Virus record (IMG/VR): IMGVR_UViG_3300050821_009523
Direction: 5' to 3' (one strand)
Length of the DNA stretch: 64,000 nucleotides
Source: a virus
Taxonomy: Duplodnaviria > Heunggongvirae > Uroviricota > Caudoviricetes
Numbering within the stretch: position 1 is the first letter of the stretch; every line of letters starts with the position of its first letter. Of this stretch, positions 28,339-36,006 are shown piece by piece. The notes below the pieces were generated by a model, which was not told the DNA's origin, did not search any database, and saw only the letters and a program-made list of their open reading frames with translations. Made by a program: the position numbers and the translations under genes.

Positions 28339-28712
28339 TGGCCGTTCGCGCCCTCCCTGACCCGGAGCTGCTCGCCGAGATCGTCGAGTCGCTACCCGAC
28401 GCGGTAGTCATCGCCGACCGCAGCGGCACGATCGTCCTCGCCAACCGGCAACTTGAGCTGCTCTTCGGCCACCCCCGTGCCCACATGCTCGGTAAGCCGG
28501 TCGAGTCGCTTCTGCCGGAGGCCCTGCGCGAGCGCCACCAATCGCACTTTGCCGGCTTCGCGAAGGACCCGCGGGTGCGCCCAATGGGCGTCGGCCTTAC
28601 CCTGACAGCCGTCAACCGCAGCGGCGAGGAGTTTCCGGTCGAGATCAACCTGGCGCCACTGGTGGTGACCGAGGGAATCTACTTCTGTGCGGTGATCCGA
28701 AAGAAGGCGTAG
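28338..28712 (+). CDS. Standalone PAS sensor-domain protein (124 aa)
   Basis: PAS-like PDAVVIADRSGTIVLANRQLELLFGH...LGKPVESLLPE...EFPVEINLAPL...GIYFCAVIRK. ATGA overlap with the upstream gene. Confidence 0.6.
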   Translation: MAVRALPDPELLAEIVESLPDAVVIADRSGTIVLANRQLELLFGHPRAHMLGKPVESLLPEALRERHQSHFAGFAKDPRVRPMGVGLTLTAVNRSGEEFPVEINLAPLVVTEGIYFCAVIRKKA

Positions 28713-29074
28713 TGGCCGAAACATTCGAGCTGTCGGGCTGGGGCGAGTTGAAGGAGCGCATCAACCGCGACATCGGCCGGGTAGAGGCCGCTCAGGAGAG
28801 GATTGAAAGATCGGTGCAGGACGTGCGCGAACTCATCGGCTCCAAGATCGACGCCTTCCGTAAGGAAGAACTCGAAAAACTGCGCGGTGAACAGCAGCGA
28901 GAGGCCGAACGCGCCCGCAAGCTGGCGGAGGATCTCGAAGACAAGCTCTCCAAGCTTGCGACCCAGACCGCCGCGCAGATCTCGGCGCTCCAAGTCAAGG
29001 CAGGTGTCTGGGGCGCGCTCGCCGGCGGAATCCCGGTAGCGGTCATGGTCCTCTGGCAGGCACTCAAACACTAG
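28712..29074 (+). CDS. Coiled-coil protein with C-terminal TM helix (120 aa), tail-anchored membrane protein
   Basis: GTG start overlapping the PAS gene stop. Charged helical region, then GVWGALAGGIPVAVMVLWQAL. Confidence 0.45.
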   Translation: MAETFELSGWGELKERINRDIGRVEAAQERIERSVQDVRELIGSKIDAFRKEELEKLRGEQQREAERARKLAEDLEDKLSKLATQTAAQISALQVKAGVWGALAGGIPVAVMVLWQALKH

Positions 29075-29090
29075 GGAAAGGAGAAGGGCC

Positions 29091-29243
29091 ATGGGGGTTC
29101 TGCTCGTCGTTGTCCTGTTACTCCTGCTTTTTGGCGGCGGTTGGGGTGGTTACCGCCAGTGGGGGCCGCGTGGCGGCATCGGCATCGTCGGGATCGTCTT
29201 GTTGGTGTTGCTGTTGCTCTGGGCCTTCGGCGCCCTACGCTAA
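29091..29243 (+). CDS. Small hydrophobic membrane peptide (50 aa): MGVLLVVVLLLLLFGGGWGGYRQWGPRGGIGIVGIVLLVLLLLWAFGALR
   Basis: Strong RBS GGAAAGGAGAAGGGCC before ATG 29091. Two hydrophobic helices. Not in the ORF track because it is shorter than 60 aa. Confidence 0.4.
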   Translation: MGVLLVVVLLLLLFGGGWGGYRQWGPRGGIGIVGIVLLVLLLLWAFGALR

Positions 29244-29260
29244 AAGGGGGGGGGTACACA

Positions 29261-29452
29261 ATGAGACATACCACAGTCCCACCGCCGCACCGTCCGCATC
29301 ACAAACAGCCGCCGGTTGCGCCACCACTAGACCACGAGCGCGAGCGGGCCGAGGTACTGGCACGCGAGGCGGCCGAACGCGAGCAGGCACGTACCACCGC
29401 GCCGCAGTGCTGGTGGCGCCGGTTGTGGTGGTGGCTCACCAACGCATGGTAA
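29261..29452 (+). CDS. Small basic Pro-rich protein with Trp-rich C-terminus (63 aa)
   Basis: RBS AAGGGGGGGGG before ATG 29261. Confidence 0.3.
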   Translation: MRHTTVPPPHRPHHKQPPVAPPLDHERERAEVLAREAAEREQARTTAPQCWWRRLWWWLTNAW

Positions 29453-29471
29453 CGAAAGGGGGCAACACGCG

Positions 29472-29642
29472 ATGCATTACTTGAGCTGGTTTGCGTTTTT
29501 CGGCTTCTTGCTCACGGGTTGGTTCGGTGTCCAGCACGTCGGGACTTCGAATCCCCTCACGACGCGTGGCATCGTAGCGCTGGCGGTCTTCGTTGTGGCA
29601 GTGGTGCTGTACCTGCTGCTTGTCATCCACGGCGGCGCCTGA
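29472..29642 (+). CDS. Small two-TM membrane protein (56 aa): MHYLSWFAFFGFLLTGWFGV...LAVFVVAVVLYLLLVIHGGA
   Basis: RBS AAAGGGGG upstream. Own translation. Shorter than the ORF-track cutoff. Confidence 0.4.
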   Translation: MHYLSWFAFFGFLLTGWFGVQHVGTSNPLTTRGIVALAVFVVAVVLYLLLVIHGGA

Positions 29643-29685
29643 CGGCTATCAGCGGCAGCCTAAAGGCCACGGGAGGAACCAAGCG

Positions 29686-30153
29686 ATGCGTATAGGCAGC
29701 AGTACCACCACCATAGCGGCAGCTCTACTGCTCGCCCTGCTGGCCGCGCCAGCGGGCCTGTGGGCGCAGGCGGCCCCTAGTGGCCTGTCGGCCATAGGGG
29801 GCACAGTCTTCGCCAGCGGCAGGGGCAACCCACAAGCGGGAATCGGCTATCCGCTGGCCGAATGGGCCAGCATCTTCGGGCGCGGCCATGCAGGTTGGGG
29901 CCACGGCACCGTCGAGGGCATCGTCACGACCACGGACGTGGGGATCGGGCTCGGACACCGGTTTGAGGATTTTCTGTCCGGCCAGGGACAGCGCGTGTCG
30001 TTTACCATCGGGCCGGCCTATACGGTCCGCTGGAAAGCAACGCGTGCAGGGAGCGGCGGCCTACGCGGTGGCACCCTCGGGATCTTCGCCACGGTTGCGT
30101 TGCGGGCGCCAAACCCCGCGCTTGCGCCGGCCGCACCGCCGGCAGAAAAATAA
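29686..30153 (+). CDS. Secreted Gly-rich protein with signal peptide (155 aa); possible outer-membrane beta-barrel (Lom/Ail-like) moron
   Basis: GGGAGG RBS. Signal peptide MRIGSSTTTIAAALLLALLAAPAGLWAQA. Alternating hydrophobic beta-strand pattern. Confidence 0.45.
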   Translation: MRIGSSTTTIAAALLLALLAAPAGLWAQAAPSGLSAIGGTVFASGRGNPQAGIGYPLAEWASIFGRGHAGWGHGTVEGIVTTTDVGIGLGHRFEDFLSGQGQRVSFTIGPAYTVRWKATRAGSGGLRGGTLGIFATVALRAPNPALAPAAPPAEK

Positions 30154-30172
30154 GAGAGAGAGGGCATTCCCC

Positions 30173-31339
30173 ATGCCACAGGCGAAACAGGCGAAACTAG
30201 AACACATACGGCAAGCGGCGCTGGCGCCGCTCTGCCTCGGCCAACAGGATCCCCCCACGGTCGATGTCCCAGACGGGGAGCCGATCGCCATCAACCCGCC
30301 ACCGCCGGTTGTCTACAGTGGCCTGCAAGGGACAATCAACCAGTGGTTCCTGCGGCTGGTGGCCGCCATTGTGGTGGCGCGCCGCTGGCCGGCGCTTTTC
30401 TCCCGCGTTACGGCCGCCACTGAGTTGCTAGCCTTTCTCGCGTTGCAGCGCACGCTTGGGCACCAGTGCGTCAATGCGACAGCTTTTGACGGGCAAGAAC
30501 CGTGGCCGCCCGAGCCGCACAACCACCTGCACCTGAGCGCGGCGGCTGCCGCCCTCTACGAGGCCATGCGGCACGGGCCTGCGGAAGTGCTGTCGGCCAT
30601 CATCGATTGGTGGGCTGTCCACTTCCTTGGGATTTCGTACTACTGGACGCCGGGACATGGTTTCGCAACGCCATGCGGTAGGGCACTTTCTCTTCCCCCC
30701 CAATGGATATGGGACGCTAGGGCGTACGCCTTGGTGATGCTGGGCGAGGATGGAGACGCCGCCAAGGCGCGGTATGGCAACCCAGCGCCCCCCTCGCGGC
30801 CAGCATGGGAGCTGTTCCGCCAATGTTTTGCGCAGTTTCCTGCGATCCGGGAGCGGATGAAGTCCATAGAGCTAAAGCTAACGACTCCCGTGCGCCTGTG
30901 GAAATCGCCAAACGGCGACTTCGCCGCCATCCTGACGGAGGATTCACCCTCGATTTTCATGCCTTGCGCTGGTGTCGTGGTCCAGGGCGGTAAGATCGTA
31001 AAGAGCGAGCGCAAGGTGGGGGACTTCGTTATCCCGCCTGGGGAGCCTACGATCATCGGTGCCGGCGGTACGGCACTGCCCCCCCCGGCGCCGCCGCCGC
31101 AAGGGCCACCGCCTGCTGCTGACAACACAGCAGCCCTCAAGGCCATCTCGGCACAGATCGCCGCATGGCACCTGCCCGACAAGCAGAGCTTCGACCTATT
31201 GCGCGCCAAGCAAGCGGCGCTGGTGGCCGAACTAGCCGCCGGCACGCCGACGCGCCCGCTGGCCGCTATCGCGGCCGACGTAGCGTCCTTCGGCGCATGG
31301 GCGCACGAGCTAGCAGACAAGATCCGCGCGCTGGGTTAG
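30173..31339 (+). CDS. Hypothetical protein (388 aa) with Pro-rich linker (PPPAPPPQGPPPA)
   Basis: RBS AGAGAGAGAGGG before ATG 30173. The longer ORF upstream of this ATG is low-complexity. Confidence 0.45.
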   Translation: MPQAKQAKLEHIRQAALAPLCLGQQDPPTVDVPDGEPIAINPPPPVVYSGLQGTINQWFLRLVAAIVVARRWPALFSRVTAATELLAFLALQRTLGHQCVNATAFDGQEPWPPEPHNHLHLSAAAAALYEAMRHGPAEVLSAIIDWWAVHFLGISYYWTPGHGFATPCGRALSLPPQWIWDARAYALVMLGEDGDAAKARYGNPAPPSRPAWELFRQCFAQFPAIRERMKSIELKLTTPVRLWKSPNGDFAAILTEDSPSIFMPCAGVVVQGGKIVKSERKVGDFVIPPGEPTIIGAGGTALPPPAPPPQGPPPAADNTAALKAISAQIAAWHLPDKQSFDLLRAKQAALVAELAAGTPTRPLAAIAADVASFGAWAHELADKIRALG

Positions 31340-31356
31340 GGCCGGAAGGGTAGGGG

Positions 31357-31389
31357 GGCCGGCCCCGTGCAGGGAGCCGGCCTCTTTTT
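31357..31389 (+). terminator. Rho-independent terminator between convergent genes (stem ggccggc / gccggcc, loop cccgtgcaggga, then TCTTTTT)
   Basis: 7-bp GC stem followed by a T-tract, 18 nt after the stop at 31339. The convergent minus-strand gene ends at 31476. Confidence 0.5.
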
Positions 31390-31475
31390 GCTTGCGGTTA
31401 GGTGTTGCGGGTGTTGGAGCGTTGTGCGCAGCAGTTACCCGCTGGTGCTAGCAGCGGAGGCGGGGGGTACGACGC

Positions 31476-32504
31476 TTAGTGTATCACCTGCGCGCTGCCT
31501 GGCAGCGCGATCATCGGGACGGGCGATGCGCCGCCGCCAATGTAGAGCGGGTATTTCCCATCCCACTTTGACTGTAGGATCTCTAGCCGCTTCCATTCAA
31601 GCAAGGTGGGGGTGATGGACGAGGTAAGCGCGGCATTCGCCCTTGCTTCGCCCTCGGCAACCGCCACCCGCTTGTTGGCCTCGGCCTGCGACACTTTCAG
31701 CTCATTTACCGCCTGCTCTGCCTTCTGCACCGCCGCTACCTTGGCGTTGATCGCCTGCTGGATCTCGGGCGGATAATGCAGCTTCCCGATGATGCCCAGC
31801 TGTTCGATAGTCAAGCCGTATTGGGCAGTCATCTGGCTTAGTAGCGCGAGCACGGCATGTTCGTAGGCAGCGCGTTTCGTGCTATTGATCTCGTCGGCCG
31901 TGAAGTTACCCGAAAGGCGCCCAAACGCGATACGGGCCGTGTTGTGCAGGAACCCGTCAGTGAACGTTTTCAGATCATCGCTACGGAACTTGACATAGAA
32001 CGCCGGCACGTCCTTGTCCACGAGGTGGTAGGAAAGCGATACGTCGGCGCCCACCACCATGTTGTCACTGGTGTTGAATGTGATCTCCTCGTTGGGGTTT
32101 CCCTCGGCGGCATCCTTGGACCACACGACGGTTTGCACGTATGTCGGATATTGGAAGACCGTCGATCCGAACGGCATGTAGAAAACCCACCCGGTGGAGA
32201 GTGGCAGTTGGTTGACGCCGCGGTTGTCGCCTGCGTTCGATACCTTGATCCCCACATGGCCCGGGCCGATGCGCGTGCAGCCGGTAAGCAGCGGCACGAA
32301 AAGCGCCACCGCTACGAGGCGCAGCATCCACCGCCATGCGCTGGGAAAAACGGCGACACAGGCAGCGCACAGGCCGAGAATCAAAAAGATCCCCGCTGCA
32401 TTCTCCGCGTCGTCGCGCTGGTTGAGTAACGGCAGTATGAGAGTAAACAGATAGGCGCACACCACCGCGCCCAGGATCATGCATGCGATTTTCAGCGGCC
32501 TCAT
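31476..32504 (-). CDS. SPFH / band-7 (HflK/C, prohibitin, stomatin-like) domain membrane protein. An internal Met gives a lipoprotein signal (MLRLVAVALFVPLLTGC)
   Basis: SPFH-like region FRSDDLKTFTDGFLHNTARIAFGRLS...AEANKRVAVAEGEARANA. N-terminal TM segments and an LTGC lipobox. The alternative start is near 32327. Confidence 0.65.
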   Translation of the reverse strand: MRPLKIACMILGAVVCAYLFTLILPLLNQRDDAENAAGIFLILGLCAACVAVFPSAWRWMLRLVAVALFVPLLTGCTRIGPGHVGIKVSNAGDNRGVNQLPLSTGWVFYMPFGSTVFQYPTYVQTVVWSKDAAEGNPNEEITFNTSDNMVVGADVSLSYHLVDKDVPAFYVKFRSDDLKTFTDGFLHNTARIAFGRLSGNFTADEINSTKRAAYEHAVLALLSQMTAQYGLTIEQLGIIGKLHYPPEIQQAINAKVAAVQKAEQAVNELKVSQAEANKRVAVAEGEARANAALTSSITPTLLEWKRLEILQSKWDGKYPLYIGGGASPVPMIALPGSAQVIH

Positions 32505-32618
32505 TTCGTCTGCTCCTCCCGTCTACATTTGCGGCCGGACTTGGCAACCGGCCCCGTGGTTTACGGCGGCCGAAGCCGCCGGCCTCGCCTCAAGCGTTCC
32601 TCTCCATCGGCCCCGAGC

Positions 32619-32861
32619 CTAAACGCACCTGGCGGTATCGCAATTTTTCAGCGAGCAGCCGTTCGTGCAGTCCGTGATGCAGGTTAGCCCCTGCGTGCAC
32701 TGACAACTGATCGTGCAGCCGGCCCCCGTTCTGCAGTCTCCAGTCGCCGGGGGCTCCGACTGATCGCCGCAACCGCCACGGGCCACTCTCAGAAGCGCCG
32801 TCCGATCCAACGCCCGGATGGTTTCCTTGTTGAGGCTGAGCCGCCTTCGGTTCTTCTTCAT
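32619..32861 (-). CDS. Cys-rich peptide precursor with double-glycine-type leader (80 aa): leader MKKNRRRLSLNKETIRALDRTALLRVARGG, core with 10 Cys and many Thr/Ser
   Basis: Strong RBS AGAGGAGAAGGAC before the ATG. Non-hydrophobic leader ending GG. Core CGDQSEPPATGDCRTGAGCTISCQCTQGLTCITDCTNGCSLKNCDTARCV. High-GC3 codon usage consistent with the neighbouring genes. Confidence 0.5.
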   Translation of the reverse strand: MKKNRRRLSLNKETIRALDRTALLRVARGGCGDQSEPPATGDCRTGAGCTISCQCTQGLTCITDCTNGCSLKNCDTARCV

Positions 32862-33306
32862 GTCCTTCTCCTCTCTTGTCGATCGAGCATTTGAGCGCTC
32901 GCGGAGGCCGCCCGCAGGCGGCTACCGTCAGGGCTCAAGCCTTTTTCAGCGGCATGTGTGCACAGCAAGGCTCACGAGTGCCAACGTACAGCGCAACTCG
33001 TTGCCCTCAACGTACGGGACATAGACCAACTGCTCCGCATCAAGTTGCACCTCGTCAACGCCAACGTCGGGCCGCGCGCGATACACCAGCGCGCCGCATA
33101 GCCGGCAAGCAACTGGCGCATAGCCTGCGATCCGCGGCCGCGCTAACGGCATGCGCGCCCCGCGCCGCGGCGCACTGCGCGTTCCGTTCTGTTCTTGCGC
33201 CATGCGCGCCAATCGACAAGGTAAGGGCAGCTACAAAAGTTTCTGTCCACCGCGCGGCGCCGGAGCCCAGACCAGGGGCAGCGCTGGTGCCGGTTGTCAT
33301 GTCCGT

Positions 33307-33492
33307 TCACGTCGGCCTCCGCTTTGGGTCTTCCCACTTGTAGTGCGTCGCCTTGAAGGCGCGGACCCGTATTCGGTGGGGCCGCCGCGCGTCCCGTTGA
33401 TTTTCCGTCTGGCACAGTTTACCGGGCCGCGCGCCGCACTTGGGGCACGCTGTCTCGACTTCGCACTGCCACTGGTAGCGCGGTGTCATCAT
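33307..33492 (-). CDS. Small basic zinc-ribbon-like protein (61 aa)
   Basis: CPKCG...C motif. Start overlaps the PurA-like gene stop. Confidence 0.35.
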   Translation of the reverse strand: MMTPRYQWQCEVETACPKCGARPGKLCQTENQRDARRPHRIRVRAFKATHYKWEDPKRRPT

Positions 33493-34763
33493 GGTGTATC
33501 CTCCACAAACTGCATAACCTCGGTTTCGCGTGCTGTCGCGGCCGTAGGTCCATGCAGCGTAAGTGCTACCGGCACGTAGCAGCTGTCCTCGATAGCCGCA
33601 ATAAGGTCCTCTGCGTACGAATATTGCGGCGCGGCGTGCTCCATTACGTGGGTGCGTGAGTCTGCCTGTATATTCGAGAGCTTGACGCGGTCGGGCAGGC
33701 GCTTTAGTCCGGCATAAAGGTAGTTGTTGGCGTAGCGCGCCGTCGGCCTTCTGTCCATGTGCGTTATGGCGAGCACATCAGGCTTGGCGGAGGCGCAGGC
33801 GTAGCGCGCCGTCACCATGTCGAAGCACCCGACGCGGAATGGCCCCATCCAGTGGTGCAGGCTGTTGTGCTGCTCGGGCACTCGTTGTGCTAGCGCGGCG
33901 TATTCTGTAGGAAACGGCCCGGGGCCGTGGCGCGTAGCGTAGCTGCGCAGGACGCCGATATGTAGCCGGTCGGTGCAGCCAACCTCATTGAGCAGTGTGT
34001 CTGCATTGTGAAACGTAGCGTCTGTCCAACTGTTGTAAGGCGCAAAGCCGTGTACCGCATCGATGAGCAAGCCCTGTGCGCCCTCAAAGACGACGGCGTC
34101 CGCTTTGGCGAGCACGTTGTTTGTGGTGCGTAGCTCCATTTCCCCGAGCGCGTCCTGGTAATTAGCAACGATCTCGGCCGGTACGATCTTTTGCGCCTCG
34201 CGGTATTGTTGGTTTGCAGTGCCGAGCGGCCGTAATTGAGACAACGTCAGTGCGCGGATGAATGTCAGTAATGCTTCGCCCGCTGCCGCAGCGTCAGCGC
34301 GGCCCACAACGTCGCCCACACGCAGGGCCAGATCCTGCGATGCACTTACCAGCGCCTCGCCCACACCGAGCCCTACGCTGCCGTGCCGCGCGGCACCGCG
34401 CTCTATCTCGCGTGCCTGACACAGCAGCCGGTGCCAAGGCGTCACGATCACGCACCGCGGATCTATCGAGATGCGCGGGCGCAGCCCCTTGCAGGTGAGC
34501 ACTTGGCGCTCGACGTCGAGAGCCAGCGGATCGACGATCATAAAGCGCGATAGGTGGGTAGCGGCGCCAGCGAGCGTGCCGGCGCCGAATTGGCTAAAGC
34601 CGTGCGTGGTGCCGGTTTCGGCGTCCACGACGTGGTGCAACGCTTGCGGGCCGCCGTTGTAGCGCACCACAATGTCGGCCTTGTGCTTGCGCACCAGGAA
34701 GTCGGTCAGGCAACCTTTCCCCTCATCGCCGTATCCCAAGCCCGCAACGCAATAAGCTCTCAT
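33489..34763 (-). CDS. Adenylosuccinate synthetase family protein (PurA/PurZ-like), divergent
   Basis: GLGYGDEGKGCLTDFL matches PurA GTQWGDEGKGKIVDLL. VVRYNGGPQALHHV matches VVRYQGGHNAGHTL. VFEGAQGLLIDAVHG matches MFEGAQGTLLDIDHG. YATRHGPGPFPTE matches YSTRVGAGPFPTE. The aspartate-binding loop GATTGRRRRTGWLD is replaced by HHWMGPFRVGCFDMV. Start refined to Met 52 of the listed ORF. Confidence 0.7.
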   Translation of the reverse strand: MRAYCVAGLGYGDEGKGCLTDFLVRKHKADIVVRYNGGPQALHHVVDAETGTTHGFSQFGAGTLAGAATHLSRFMIVDPLALDVERQVLTCKGLRPRISIDPRCVIVTPWHRLLCQAREIERGAARHGSVGLGVGEALVSASQDLALRVGDVVGRADAAAAGEALLTFIRALTLSQLRPLGTANQQYREAQKIVPAEIVANYQDALGEMELRTTNNVLAKADAVVFEGAQGLLIDAVHGFAPYNSWTDATFHNADTLLNEVGCTDRLHIGVLRSYATRHGPGPFPTEYAALAQRVPEQHNSLHHWMGPFRVGCFDMVTARYACASAKPDVLAITHMDRRPTARYANNYLYAGLKRLPDRVKLSNIQADSRTHVMEHAAPQYSYAEDLIAAIEDSCYVPVALTLHGPTAATARETEVMQFVEDTP

Positions 34764-34970
34764 GAGCAGCGCTCCGCCGGCTTGTGCGTGGCGCGCCACT
34801 CTGCGATGGCCTGCTGCTGCGTGAGGCCGCGCGCCGCAGCGCAGAGGAGCCAAAGGCCAGGGATTTCGTACCGTGCGCCAGCGTGCGTGCTGACGCCAAC
34901 CTTGCCGTCGAAACAATTCAACTCGTAATCCATAGCCTTTGGCCCTCCCGGTGCCGTATGCCGATGTTCG

Positions 34971-35987
34971 TTACAGCCGCTCGACCTCGCTGGCGTCGCC
35001 CACCACAGCCGGCAGGCCGGCTGCAGAGTATTTGTCCAGCGCGCCGCCGCCGCCAGCCTTTGCGAGCGGCACGAGCGCCTTGGCCATCGCGTCCGTGATG
35101 ACGCCGTCCGTGAGCATGTCCTGGACGCCGACGTGCTCCTCGCACAGCGCCACGGCCGCCACGATCGTCTCGCAGATCTTGTTGGGCTCGTCCAGCTTGA
35201 GGACGTTTTGCTGGCCGAGGAGCGCCTGCCAGTAGCGGCGCAGCTCGTCGTCGTGGTAGTGCTGTGTCATGTTGGGGATGACGAAGAAAACGTGGTACCG
35301 CTGCTGCGCCTCCCGCACGATCTCTTCCAGCGGGATGTTGGCCTGGATCTTGTCGCCGATGATCGCCGCCACTTGCTCGCGCGACACCTGCGGGTAGGCG
35401 TGCTCGTCGCCGATGAGAAAGAGGTAGCCGCGTCGCCCCCTTTTCTCCCAATTGTCGTGCGCCGTCTTGCGGGCGTAGAAGTACAGGCCCAGCTCGTATG
35501 ACTCCTGGTAGGTGCCCCCGCCGTTAGCTGTCAACCAGATGTTTTCGAGGTCGTTGTCGATCTCAAGGCCGGACTCGAACTGGCCGACTTGTAGTGCGCC
35601 CTCGCCACGTATGCTACTCATCGCGTCGTAGTCATCCACCGCGCCGATGCAGATGGCTGGGTAGGCGTCGCCGATGTAGCGCTTGCCGCTGGCCTTGTCG
35701 TCGAGAAAGGCGCCCATCAGTTTGGTGAGCCGTTCTTCGATGATGCCCGGCACATCGCGCATGCTGCCGGTGGTGTCGAGCAAGAGCCCGATCGGGAGAG
35801 AGACGGGGTGCGCGTCGCTGTCGCGCGCCTCGCGCACCTTGACGCCCTTGGGGCTCAGGCTCGCATGGACGCCGTGCGCCTTGCCGCTGGCCACCGCTGC
35901 GGTGTGCTTGAACACCGGCGTGGCGGTCGCCAACCGGGCCGCTACGCGGGCACTGTAAGCCGTGCTGCTGTAAACGCTGCCTCCCAT
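34971..35987 (-). CDS. von Willebrand factor type A (vWA) domain protein (338 aa)
   Basis: MIDAS motif LLLDTTGSM (D-x-S/T-x-S), then downstream T and D residues. Start at the internal Met with RBS AAAAGGAGCAA. The upstream part of the listed ORF is low-complexity. Confidence 0.65.
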   Translation of the reverse strand: MGGSVYSSTAYSARVAARLATATPVFKHTAAVASGKAHGVHASLSPKGVKVREARDSDAHPVSLPIGLLLDTTGSMRDVPGIIEERLTKLMGAFLDDKASGKRYIGDAYPAICIGAVDDYDAMSSIRGEGALQVGQFESGLEIDNDLENIWLTANGGGTYQESYELGLYFYARKTAHDNWEKRGRRGYLFLIGDEHAYPQVSREQVAAIIGDKIQANIPLEEIVREAQQRYHVFFVIPNMTQHYHDDELRRYWQALLGQQNVLKLDEPNKICETIVAAVALCEEHVGVQDMLTDGVITDAMAKALVPLAKAGGGGALDKYSAAGLPAVVGDASEVERL

Positions 35988-36006
35988 GGTGTTGCTCCTT
36001 TTCCTG

